This document shows positions 26,231 through 38,519 of a stretch of 64,000 nt of DNA, piece by piece. Positions within the stretch are counted from its first letter, which is position 1, and each line of letters opens with the position of its first letter. Position numbers and translations under genes: made by a program. Below the pieces are notes generated by a model, which was not told the DNA's origin, made no database searches, and worked only from the letters and a program-made list of their open reading frames with translations. The DNA lies in assembly GCA_028534125.1 (NCBI GenBank), contig CM052818.1:8558001-8622000 (forward strand), read 5' to 3'. The stretch comes from Lama glama (lineage: Eukaryota).

Positions 26231-29200
26231 CCTACCCACGGCGGCTCAACCTCCGTCCGCCCCGCCGCCATTGGCCGGGCCCCGCGCTTGCCCCGCCCAC
26301 CTCGATGGCCGGGTCTTTGAGCGGCGGGGGCGCCTCATTGGCCGACCCGGGTGCCCATCACAGGGCTCCACCTCCCCATCTCCCATCCACTAGTTCTGGA
26401 GGTGTTTTTCCCGCAGCCGGAACGCGGCGCATAGTCTACCCTTCTTGAAAAAAAATTGGAACCCACTAAGGACAATCCCGCCCATTCCTCTGATTGGCTT
26501 GGAGGGGGGACGCGATAAGTGAGAAGGAGTAAGGAGTGTTTATAGTGATCTGGAAGGTGGTTGCCGAAGGTGGATGTCCATCAAAAGCGCGCCGGGTGAG
26601 GGGCGGGGTCTGAGAGCAGATCCCGGGTCTGGCGTCGCTGCAGCTGTGGGAAGAGAGGCTGCTGTGGCTTTTTTCCTGTTCTCTCTCCTATCCCCACCCT
26701 AGGAGCTGGGCGCGCCCTCTCCGCCACTAGCTACTAGGGGGTTTGCGCACACAGCCTTTGCTTCACCTTCTGGTGTTTTTCCTCTGACAAACTGTAATGA
26801 CCCCGCCAGCTTCTGCCTAACATTCAGTCAACTGGTCCTCAGTGAACCAATTCAGTAAGCTGAGCTAGACACAAAATGTTCACGGTGCACTTTCTTCTCG
26901 TTCTGATTCTTTAACATTTCTTTGAATCTTAGTTTCTTCCCTTCGCTGTCGGTCTTTTTCCTCTGGTAGGAACTGTAGATGGATTTGGGAGTGCTTGGTA
27001 TATAAAAAGGCAAAGCAGAGGATGAAATAAACTAAGGAGCCTGTGAGAGCAGGAGCACTTAACCTTGTTAAAAGAGCCAAGGACCCCTTTGAGAATATGA
27101 TGAAAGCTATAGATCCTTTCCCAAGGAGGAAAATCTGCTCTATCAAAAAACACAAAAATCTGCTTTCAATTTTAATTGGTTCACAGACCACCTGTGTAGA
27201 GAAAGAGGACCAAAAATGAAATCTAGGGGGGAGGGATCTCAATATTTGAGGAAGAAGCAGAGTAAAGTGGGAAAGACACTGAGAAGGGAATGGTCAGAAA
27301 AGTAGGAACACCCTACAAGCAATGGGCAAATAGTATGAAAAAAAGAGGGGAGCTATCACGTGAAAAGAAAGTAAGCAAGATGGGTCTGGAAACAATTAAG
27401 GGTCATTCTTAATCTTACTAAGGATAGACAGCAGGGTGCATGGACAAAGTAGCTTGAAAGGTGTCAGGGTCTAGGGAAGAAATCTTTGAAGGGCTGGAAG
27501 GAGGGCAGTAATGGGTGAGAGCTGAGTTCATCTGTAGAAATAGGCAAGAGAAAGGAGAGAGAAATATTGAAGAATCAGGTTACAAGGCTTGAACCCAGTA
27601 TCTATGTTTTCATTTGCAATAAAGAAAGTGATCTAACACCACTATAGTCTTAATTTTTAAAATATTAAGATAACTGTAATAATTATATTGATTCTTATTT
27701 TGTGTACATCTTACAGTTCTCTGGTGTCCTTCCTGAGTGGTTTACTAAGTCACTGCAACCTACAGCTATCATGATCTCATATAGGGATATATTATTCTGC
27801 ATCATTAACAGATTTGAGTGTGTGGGCTTTTTTTTAATAACTAATTTATAGAAATGGTTATAAACTATTTTAATCTAAGTTGCCCTTCAGGAACAGCCCA
27901 CATGATAATCAGGAGGGTTTTGCATTCTATTTATTCTTGTTCTTCAGAGGTTCTCAAACTTTCTCATGTGGTTATCCTGGTTTCTTTCAATACTCTTTCC
28001 CTTCCTCAAAAAAAAAAAAGAAAAAAGAAAAAAAAGAGAGAGAGAGAAAGAGAGACCTTATTGTAAAGTAACTGTCTTAAAAGCAATCAGTTTTCAGTAA
28101 GTGTCTTTCTTTTAAAGGAAAAGAAGACTATAGGACCCCTAGGGAATCTTTCTCAAGTTGTGGAAAATTTCAAGACACTGGCAGAGTTTCTTATAATACA
28201 GCTCTTATTTTTAGGGGAAAATTTTCTCTTGGATGTAAACTCTTCTTTTTCATTCTAGCTGCAAAGGTAGGTAAGAAGAGACCAGCTTTAGAAATGAAGG
28301 AATTAAAAGCAGACCCTGATGTTGTTCTGTTGCTGAGCTCAGGTTCATAGGCTCCTGGAGGCCTCACAGAGCAGCTATTTCTTCCCTCAAAACTTTCTTT
28401 TTTAAAAAATAACCTGTCTGCTAACTAAATTTATTGGAGGACCTTAGAATGTTCTAAGATTTTTTTTTTTGTCCACTTAGCTAATACTGAATACCAACTA
28501 AATACTGGGCGCCTCTATAAGGTACGCCTTATTTCTCTTGTCATATTAAATGCTATTAATAGTACATAAAAGGTACAGTCCCTGTTCTCAAAGACTTTTC
28601 AAAAACAGACGTTCAGCATGCATGCAAGAAAGTCCCAGCTTCTTATTCTGTCAAATAATCATGCTTACTTTGGGATGTCGAGAAGATAGAAGATAGTAAT
28701 GTAAAGTGCCTGACATGTAGTAAATAGTCAATGAATGATAATTAATCATGTACACCATTGTGTTTGGTAGCAAACATAAACCGTCAAAAAACAGACCTTC
28801 AAGAATACTTGGGCAATACTTAGTTGCTACTAAACATCACTACCTCAAGGAGTAATGAATCTCAAAAGAAACAGTGCTTTTAACATTATTCGTCTCCCAT
28901 TAATTCAGTGATTAACAAGAGTGGAATACCAGTAACTTACGTAGACTTAAGACTTTTATAATAATTACTAAGAATTCACTTACCCTCAATCCCCATAACT
29001 GCCATTCATGCCACATACCATCTGAGACCTTTTGGCATTCTAGAATACAAAACATTCTACCATTTTCTTAAGGTTCTCACTCCCCCTACCTACCATCCTA
29101 CTGACCCTCCCCCTTCCAAGGGGGAACTGCCCACTGTGCTGCTGCCCCTTTCTAACCCCCTGTTTACTCAAGTCTTGATTTATTATCTCCTTCCATACCA

Positions 29201-30134
29201 GGCTTAATCTACATGTAATAGACCTGTGGATGCAAGTTACTTTAATTGTCCAGTCCATTTGATGCAGGTGTTGACTGCAAAATTATATAGATGTTATACT
29301 TAACAGGAGATTCAACATTTAAAATAATTTTTATTTTTGCCTTTAAATATCATCAAGCTTACAGTGAAGATAAAATACAAAAAAATTAGTGGAAAATGCT
29401 ACACCGAAACTTTAAATTTTCTCTGCCATGACAGTTTTGAAATAATAGCAATTAATTTCAAGGGAGCAGCTTTGCCAGTCACTGTTTCAGAAACCCCCCA
29501 AATGGAGACTCTAGTCTATGAAATGCAACCACAGACTTGAATTATCATCATTCCCGGTGATAAAATTTTAATCCTTGGATTTTACAGTTTTTGCGGTAAC
29601 AAATGTCAGAGGTATTATTGCAGGATTTAACTACTAACAGAACTTATCTGTGCCTTAGTCATAGTAATAAGATTTACTTGCAACAATAGCACTGCAGGAT
29701 TTTGCATTATGTTTTCCAGTTACCATGGCAGCTATACAGTACACAACAATATTACTGCAATTTTTAACTGCTAATGAAATTACTTCTTTTAAACCCATAG
29801 CAAACAAATTTGCTCGGACAATCCTACAGCAATTTTTACATCCTTAAAAAACTCACTGTGAGAGCCTCAATAAAACCATCTCCTTATTGAAAAAACAAAC
29901 AAACAAACAAAAAGCTCACTGTGGCAGGATAACACTTTTGAAATGTTAACTGAGGTTTTTTTTTTCTAGGCATTTGTTTTTAATCCTAGGGCCTTTCCCC
30001 TCCTATACCCACCCCCCACCGGCCCCAGAAGACTCCCTCAGCATAACAGTGTAGAGAAACGGAATTTTTCCTTCTTTTTGAGTTTCAAAATCTTAGTCCT
30101 TCAGGGAGTAATGAAACGGATCCAGTTTAGAGAT

Positions 30135-30437
30135 CTGCATTGTTCAATACGATCACCTCTAGCCACATACAACAACTGAACACTTGAAATATGGCTAGTT
30201 CAACTTGAGATGTGTTGTAAGCATAAAATATACACCAATTTCAAAGACTTAGTAGGTAAAAGTGAAGGGAATATATCTTCTTAAAAAGTTTTATATTCAT
30301 TGCCTGTTGAAATGATAATATTTTAGATGTATTGGATCAAAAACTACATTAAAATTAATTTTACCTATTACTACTTCTTTAATGTGGCTACTGGAAAAAT
30401 TTTAATTACATGTCATATTTCTACCAGACAGTACTGG
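30135..30437. mobile_element. MER33-like hAT element
   Basis: ctgcattgttcaatacg...ctagccaca...cacttgaaatatggctagt...gtaagcataaaatatacacc...taatgtggctactggaaaaatttt. Confidence 0.8.
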
Positions 30438-30727
30438 CATAAATAATAGTAAAACTTCCTTTCCTGAGATAAGAAATGGATTTCCTGGACTAAAACAGGA
30501 AGAAGTTGGGTGGAGAGTAATGGGAGGCTCGGTGTGGTGGGTCCCAGAGAGCAGGACTCACTGCCCTATTCTCACTCTATCCTGGCAGAAGCCTTGGAGA
30601 AGGGCAACTGAAACAGCAGGACCTATCTATGGGATCTGACAGCTGAGACAGATCATTTTCATTCTTAGCTGGCAAGACTCTAAAGAGAAGAAAAAAGTGG
30701 GCCCTGTATCTAGTTCAGCCAGGACCT

Positions 30728-30935
30728 AGAGCAACACAAGTTCAACAGAAACTTCTGTGATGAGCAAAATGTCCTATACCTGGCTGTCCAATCCAGAAGC
30801 CTCTAGCCACTGGGTTTATTGAGCACTTGAAATGTGGCTACTGTAACTGAGGAGCTGGAGTTTTAATATTATTTAGTTTAAGTTAACTTAAATGTAAATA
30901 GCTGCATGGGGCTGGTAGCTACCATAGGACAGTGA
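30728..30935. mobile_element. MER3 hAT element
   Basis: agaaacttctgtgatga...ctagccac...ttgagcacttgaaatgtggctactgtaactgagga...aatagctgcatggggctggtagctacc. Confidence 0.85.
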
Positions 30936-33900
30936 AACCTTGCATGGTACCATGGAGGTCCTGGAAGCCCAACATGATGATTCTCGGACACCCAAATGGG
31001 TGCAGAGGCAGCAGAAGCCACCAGATCTAAAGGGCCTTGCTAACAAACCAAGATCCACCTAGCAGCAATCTGTGGGGCTAGCTGCAACTGAGGAAGGATG
31101 TAGATCGGAAATCTTCGGGGAGACAGCACAGTAAAGGAAGAGCAAGGATCAAATGTTCCATCCCCTCCCTCTGACATGCTAATCCTATGGAAGCCTCCTC
31201 AGTTTAGATGCAATCTCTGCCAAATTGACTATGATTAAGTGTCTGCCACCCCTTATAAAATCAGAGCTTGAAATAGAAATTGAATTGAGTTATGGAAAAA
31301 TGAAATTATGTTTCTTGCAAACCTAAATTTTTTTAGATTGAAATCTGTAAGTGGAAATAATAATTCTAACAAAATACTTAGAAATCTGTTTATTCTTTTA
31401 AAAGGTAGCCCTTTGTCCTCTTTCATTATAGGATCCAAATTCTTTGGTTGACATGAAAGCTTAGAAAAGCTGTATCAGAAAACTATCTTTCAACTAAAAA
31501 CACAGTATCCTTTTGTGAAACTGTTTCTGTTCCAGTTACCCATGAATGAATTTTGCCATTAATCATAATCAATCTTTGCACATTGAAACTGAAATGACAG
31601 TAATTCCAGGACCTCAATTATGTTCTAAACACCCAGTTTTGCCCAGCCCCCAACATCTAGAAAAGGCCAACCTGGGCCTGGTTGGTGGAGACAGAGGAGC
31701 AACGTTGACTGCTTTGAAATTCAGAGACACACAGAAACAAATCTACAGATAGCACTCGTTGGTGATTCAGTAGGCCTAACTCCTGTTGTTAATCTGGAGC
31801 AACCTATGAATGATTAAAGGGCTCAGAAATCTTCAGGAATATATTACAAGTGATGATGATATGCAAAATGTGGCTACTCAAAGTGTTAGCAACAGCACAG
31901 CACAGGCATCAATCAGAGTGGAAGACAGTCAGGAACCATTAGGCCAGCTATCCTATTGCTGACCAGCTAAAATATCAGCTCCGTCTCTAGAAAACCTTTG
32001 CTGGTCGGTGCCATCCTCTCAGTCTGAACCCTCAGATTACTCCAAATAATTTCATGATGGTAAAGTTCCAGGCCACAACTGCTGTGTGTACCAAGGTAAA
32101 CTCAGTTATGAGAGATAATTTACACGTTGCCAATAAGTTGGCCATTACTGGGGTTATTGCAGAAAAGGTTTGAGTTGGGATTAGGAGCCCTTTCTCAGGA
32201 AGCCTTTGCTAAATTTAATAGATTTATCTCCTATAAAATCAGTAGAGATTCTTGACCAAGGGTTATTGGTCATTTCCCATGAAATGTTAACAGCATTCAA
32301 TGAATTATACAGAGTAGACTGACCTCTGCTTCTTTTCTTCTATGTTTTCAGTAATTGGAATAAATTCTGAGTAACCAGATATAGCATGCAGCCAGTGTTT
32401 TCCTCTGAGTAATTCCTGGATGACTATATTTAGTATGAACGAGACAGTATCATTGACATCTTCTGAAATAATAAGGCTAGACAGGAAAGGCAAAGTAAAC
32501 CAGTAGGAATTTACAATCTTGGAGGGCATTGAATACCTTCCATGTGGTATAGAATCAAAGCATTTCCATCTCAAACAGTGCAAAAAAACAAGCTGAAGTC
32601 AGGCAGAACCCTACTTACCAAGGCACCGGACACGGACCAAGGGAAAGTAACCCTGTTGCAGACACTTGTCCCAAATTAGTAGAGTTGGAAAGGAAACTCA
32701 ACTTTCAGAGGTCAGGATTAACTCATGCACAGTTTGGGCAATCTGCTGGGCAGGACAAACTGGAGAAAAGTTCCAGGGCAAAGGCAGTAACGTGGGAGCC
32801 AGAGAGAACTGCCATATCGTTCCAGATGTCTCTTTTTACAGCAAGAGAACCCATTAGTGACTGGGCTAGAGATAGTAGAATATAGCCTGCTAAGTAAAGA
32901 GGACTTCATGAGAGCTGCTAGTTATTTTTTTATATTTTGTTGCAACTTTGGGTTGCTATTTTTATATAGTCCCAATAATGAAAAACTGATACCTTCCTCC
33001 AAGGAAATAAAGTCAACTGTTGAGCAAGACTTCAGTTTCTGTGCCATAGTTCAGACTTATAAAGAAATCCTGATATCCACAACATTAAAAATCATGATAT
33101 TTTATCCCTGAAATGATAAATTTAGTCACTTTACATATTGAGTATAGTGCTAAGCCACACTTGTTGAGTAATAATTGTCTGGCATTATCAGTATCCCATT
33201 TCTTATTTCAAAAAGGCATGCAAGCACCCTTCTCCTGATAACCAGTATGCTTCAGCATAGAAAAGAAGAACCGTTTACATGTGCATCTTTCTTTGCACAA
33301 TACCAGCTAAAAGGATGTATACTTAGAGGTCATAACTTGATCATATTTAAAACATTCATTCTTTCCTTGAACAACCCAAGTAAAAGCAGGAGGCCTAGAG
33401 TTGATCACTCATTTTCTTTTATTGTTGTAATAACACACTTCCTAGCTACTCACAAAGCTACCTTGTACATGCCTCTTCTCCAGCTTACATCACAGTTTAC
33501 AAAATAATAAGTACTAAAATCCTGCAGTAAGTTCTCAGTGATACACAGAGTAACTTGTCGAGCACTTATTCATACATATGCTGGAAAGTAAAACCACTGC
33601 AGTATATGCATGACTGCTCTTCAACACTGCATGCTGTGGATATTTGCAATGCCAAGGAATGATATTTAGTCAAACAATTTTGCTAATAGTTCATTCTGCT
33701 TTCTCTTATTAAAATTTTATTAATTTTCAGCTGATTTGGTAACCATGTAACTTATATCTAGTTGTGCTACAAGAAGTACAACTTTGAATGATAGTTTTAT
33801 GATTCTGATTTTCTTTGCTGATATTTTTTGTGAAAAATCCGTTCATTTATTAACAAGTACTTTATTAATTTACAATCTTATAAGTAATATTTATTTTATT

Positions 33901-34940
33901 AGTTCATGTATTAATAAGTGAACAAGTACTAAGCTCAAAGAATTGTGCTAAGTACTGGGAATACAGCACATCAAGAGACAAAACCTCTGCCCTCATGAAG
34001 CTCACATTCCTCATCAGTTAATAAACCATTATTTAGTGTTTGCTTTAGAAAATCTCAGTTGATGAGAAGTGACTGTGCTTTGTTTAACAATGACACAAAA
34101 GCTAATTGAGAAAACCATTATAAAAGACAACGTACTAGGAATTAATATTAATAGATTGCCCCCTCACTGAAATTCAACTTTCAGATATTTATTGCTGTGC
34201 TTCCAATTTACACCTTGATTTCTTTGTGACTGCTTGTGCAGTCACAAATAGACTCTGTCACAGCTCATACAGATTTATAATCTGTACTTGCACTGGAATC
34301 TTGTTTATAATTTATGTTTTTTATTTGAATTGTAGTATTCAACATTACTATTTTATCATTATTTTTATGCTTCATTGAATCTCTTTAGAGATACTGATTC
34401 ACTTTTTTAAATCATGGATATAAGGCAATCACGAAAATGCAAAGCTAACACATGCCAAAACTGAAATTTCATGTCTAAAAAAGATTATCCACAATCTGTT
34501 AAATGTTAGCCAAAACAATCCGATCAATGTATTCCTTGGAGCTCATATGCAACTTTTAAGAATGAAATGGTTATTAGAATGTGATAGGATTTTAAGAAAC
34601 ACACATCCATCCTATTTGATTTCCCTCTTGACTCCTTAATTTTTTTTTTAATAAAATAACAACAGCTTATTTTTGTCGTCCTTTATTCAGAAATATTTTA
34701 GCTTTCTTCCTAGATATTCTTGGGGGTAAAATAATTAAAAGTTGACTTTTACTTGTATAGGTTCTATGATTTTTTAAAATGTAAAAATATATATATAAGA
34801 GAATAAAGACTCAAAGAAAATACACAAATATATGTTAGGGTATAAAGATTATGAGTGATACCATTTTCTTGTTTAAATTCTCTAATATTTTTAGATTGTT
34901 TTTTAGAGTAAAAATAATGATTAAAATTGTATAACTATTA

Positions 34941-35082
34941 GGGGGAGGGTATAGCTCAAGTGGTACAGCGCATGCTTAGCATGCACAAGGTCCTGGGTTC
35001 AACCCCCAGTACTTCCATCAAAAAACTAAATAAATAAATAAACCTAATTACCTCCCACTGCAAAAATAATTATAAATTTTTA
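34941..35082 (+). mobile_element. Camelid tRNA-Ala-derived SINE (Vic-1 type)
   Basis: gggggagggtatagctcaagtggt (A box)...gggttcaacccc (B box)...aaacctaattacctccc tail; TSD aaaattgYataactatt at 34923-34939 and 35083-35099. Confidence 0.92.
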
Positions 35083-35817
35083 AAAATTGCATAACTATTG
35101 TCTTAGATTGAAGATATTTTATAAATCATTGTGTACTCTTTAAAATGTTCTCTTACTATCTAAAATCTTGCCATCTATAGTTTTTGCTTATAAATCTAAT
35201 TAATACAAATGAACACTTTCCCCAGAATAAATCCATTCCTAGTACATCTAATGTGTTCTGATTCTGGATCTCTTTTGCCTAACTACACACTGCAGTCTGG
35301 GAGTGGATGAAGACTCTTCTTTCACACAAACTTCTATTCCTATGAATGTCTTCTCTATTTTACATCATAAAAAATGGATGGTTTTCACTGGCACTTTTTA
35401 CGGGCTTGAATTGCTTTATTCAGATTTAGAACCATGAATTTCATGGCCCTGCTGGGTGTTTTCCCCTTTCCCCTCTAATCTGGGGCCCATGTTTGACTCC
35501 CCTCATTTTTCCATATTCTGCATGAAGGGCTCTGTTCTCTGCTTCCACGTCAAGTCAGGTGACTCAAATAAGCGAATATTTACCAAGAGCCTACTATGTA
35601 CAAGAAAGTATTGACTTTTTGAATGTATAAAAATGTATTAAAATTTTACATTTAAAAAAATGTGTAAGTCATATTTGGAGACCTCAAGAAATTTAAACTT
35701 ATTTCAGAGAAAAAAATGTACAAAAAATTAAAATGTAAACTATAACAAATGTAATAGCTTATAAAATATTCAGGTTATAGTTTAAGACAAAATTAAAAGA
35801 GATATAAGAAATCCATT

Positions 35818-35920
35818 GGAGGGGAGGGAAATAGCTTAGTGGTAGAATGCATGCTTAGCATGCATGAGGTCCTGAGTTCAGTCTCCAGTACTTCCACCAT
35901 ACCCATCCCCGCCAAAAAAT
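35818..35920 (+). mobile_element. Camelid tRNA-derived SINE (short form)
   Basis: ggggagggaaatagcttagtggtagaatgcatgcttagcatgcatgaggtcctgagttcagtctccagtacttcc. Confidence 0.88.
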
Positions 35921-36929
35921 GTAAATACATTATGGCTTGTAGTCTGAAGAGACTCAAGCCAGTTATGGTGAATCACACTGAGCATAGGATGAGGCTGAAG
36001 TTGAGAGAACTGTGTTACTGATTCAGCTCCATTCTTTACTACCTGTGTCTAGACATAGACACAGATATATCTCTAAGTCAGTCATGCAGGCACAATTCTG
36101 GGAAAACTGGTAGAATTCGAGTGCTTAGGAAAGAGAAGCAAATTCCTCTTGGGTTGGTAGCTATAACGATAAGTATTCTGCTGCCAGTGACCCTCCTACT
36201 AGATCAAGCCTACCTGAAAAAGAAGCCAAAACTCAGGAAGCCGAGAAATGAAGCAGAGAAAGAATTGCTTCATTTGTCTCATCTGTAAAATGGGAAATGG
36301 GAAAACATAGGCTACCAGGGGTGAGGGCTAGAAGAGATAAATTCTTCAGATCTATTCCAGCTCTAATTCTGTGGTTTTAAATTTCCCTGCCTTTAATAAA
36401 TGGGTACCTGTGTGCAAAATCAAAAAGAGGCACTTAGAATTTCTAAATAGTTTTTTCACTATGATAATCTAATTTTTGCTATCTTAAGAAGGTTGGGTGT
36501 TTTTTTGTTTTGTTTTTTGTTTTTGTTTTTTGGTCTTTCAATTTCTAACTGACCAAAATTTGAAAATTTATAGTCACAATTTCCACAGTGAGCATGAAGG
36601 CAGAATGCTGTCTGTTAGGAACATGAAAGATACTATTCCTAAATGTACCTATTCCTAATTCAGTTGTTTATATCCAGCTCTAAAGGAGAGAGTAAGCCTA
36701 AGTCAGTTTTGGTCATTTTAAAGCTATTTATGATCAATTATAAACAAAAGAAGCATTGATAGAACATATTACTCTTTCTAGAGTATATTGTTTATAATTT
36801 CAATGGTAATCCAGCCCAAAAACTTTTTCAGTACGAATTGCTAAAGTTGCTTGAACCCGCTTTAGATGGAGACATCCATGATTCACAATGATTACTTGAA
36901 TGTGCTGTGAAGAGTTAGAGTACAAAAAG

Positions 36930-38295
36930 AGTCATATACAAAAATTAACACAAAACAGATTATCCACCTAAATGTTACCAGCTAAAACTACGACACTCAT
37001 AGCAGAAACTAAGAGTGAATTTTGTGACCTTGGACTTGGCACTGGTTTTTTAAGAAATGATAATAAAAGCATGAACGACAAAGAAAAATAGATAAATTGT
37101 GCTGTATCAAAATTAAGAACTTTTGGAGGGAGGGAATAGCTCAGTGTAGAGTCCATGTAGCATACACAAGGTCCTGGGCTCAATCCCCAGTACTTCCATT
37201 AAAATAATAATAATAATATTAGGTAGATAAATAAATGAACCTAATTACCTCCCCTCACCCCCCAAAAAAACCCCCAACAACAATGACAAAACAAATTAAG
37301 AACTTTTGTACTTCGAAGACATCATCAAGAAAGTGTAAGACAGCCAACAAATGAGAGAAAATATTAGTAAATCACATATCTGATAAGGGGCTTCTATCTA
37401 GAATATATAAAGAACTATCACAACTCAGCAATAGATAAATAATCTAATTTTTAAATTGACAAAGGATTTAAATAGACATTTCTCTGAAGAAGATATATAA
37501 ATGACCAATAAGCATACGAAAAATGCCAACATCACTTACCATCAGGGAAATGAAAATCAAAACCATAATGGGTTATCATTCCACACCCATTAAAATGGCT
37601 TAAAATCAAAGACAGGCAGTAACAAGTGCTGGTGAGGATGCCCCCAAATTGAAGCCTTTTGCTGGTGGGATTGTAAAAAGGAAGAGCCACATTGGAAAAG
37701 TTTGGTAGTTCCTCAAAGTGTTAAACATTGAGTTACTACGGGACCCAGAAATTCCACTCCTAGTTATGTATACATATACCTAATAGAAATAACATATGCC
37801 CACACAAAAACTTGTACATGAGTATTCATAGCAGCATTATTCATAATAGCCAGAAAGTAGAAAGAACCCAAATTCCATCAGCTGATGAATGAATAAACAA
37901 AATGTGGATATCCATACAATGGAATATTAGCTATAAAAAGGAATGAAATCCTGACACATGCTACAACATGGTTGAACCTTGAAAACATGCTAAGTGAAAG
38001 AGGCCAGCCACAAAAGACCTCATACTCTATGATTCCATTTCTATGAAACATCCATTGTACGCAGATCCATAGAGATAGAAAGTTGGTTAGTAGTTACCCA
38101 AGGCACAGTGAAAAGGGTTATGGAGGAGTGGTAGCTAATGGGTATGGAATTTCTTTTGGGGGTGATGAAAATGCCCGAAAATTAGTGGTGATAGTTGCAC
38201 AGCTCTGTGGATATAAAAGAACACTGAATTGTACACTTAAAAGGATCACATAAAAGATGACACTTATGGTATGTGTTTTATAGCTCATAAAATAG
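36930..38295 (+). mobile_element. L1M (L1MB-like) ORF2 3' part and 3'UTR
   Basis: aatagacatttctctgaagaagatata...gacccagaaattccactcctag...catgctacaacatggttgaaccttgaaaacatgctaagtgaaag...ttttgggggtgatgaaaatg. Confidence 0.92.
37126..37292 (+). mobile_element. Camelid SINE nested in L1
   Basis: tRNA-like head plus aacctaattacctcccc tail; perfect 16-bp TSD aaattaagaacttttg at 37110-37125 and 37293-37308. Confidence 0.93.
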
Positions 38296-38519
38296 AATTT
38301 AAGAAAACTAGAATTTCAAAACAGACCAAAGACACTTGCTGGTTATACTATTCTACAGCCATATTTAACCACAAGTCACAAGACAACTGAATATACTGGA
38401 CAGCTCAGCAAAATATAATAGTCTAACACAGAAATTTAATGTGTGAAAGTACTCTACACTTGAAGTTAGGAGATGTAGCATCTAGTTTTCCTGAACCCCA
38501 ACCCAAGTTTGGAGGCAAA

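Larger units (their letters stand above)
25640..26760. promoter_or_regulatory. EHBP1: CpG-island, TATA-less promoter of EHBP1
   Basis: The only extended CpG-dense, high-GC block in the window. ATTGG (CCAAT on minus) at 26270, 26337 and 26493; GC boxes at 26257, 26291, 26477 and 26601; E2F-like TTTCCCGC 26407-26414; ETS core CCGGAA 26417-26422. Confidence 0.9.
26970..32890 (+). pseudogene. Candidate decayed multi-exon gene (or lncRNA) divergent from EHBP1; identity unknown
   Basis: Plus-strand AG..GT-bounded segments 26970-27370, 28118-28266, 31432-32095 and 32352-~32890 with strong pyrimidine tracts and long but interrupted reading frames. No homologue recognised. Confidence 0.3.

Noticed and set aside
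25464..26393. Long overlapping ORFs (up to 246 aa) in the CpG island
   Set aside because: Pro/Arg/Ala-rich, open in several frames on both strands because stop codons are rare in GC-rich DNA; no recognisable domain.
32324..32760. Alternative minus-strand two-exon reading (donor TTG|gtaagt at 32618; peptide ...WDKCLQQGYFPLVRVRCL-EDVNDTVSFILNIVIQELL...)
   Set aside because: The frame only works using a second AG (32463) rather than the first AG after the pyrimidine tract (32477), and it contains a stop. The plus-strand model explains more of the region. Not fully excluded.
34941..35020. tRNA-Ala-like sequences (also at 35818, 37126, 54985, 61000)
   Set aside because: These are SINE heads with A-rich tails and TSDs and diverged stems, not functional tRNA genes.
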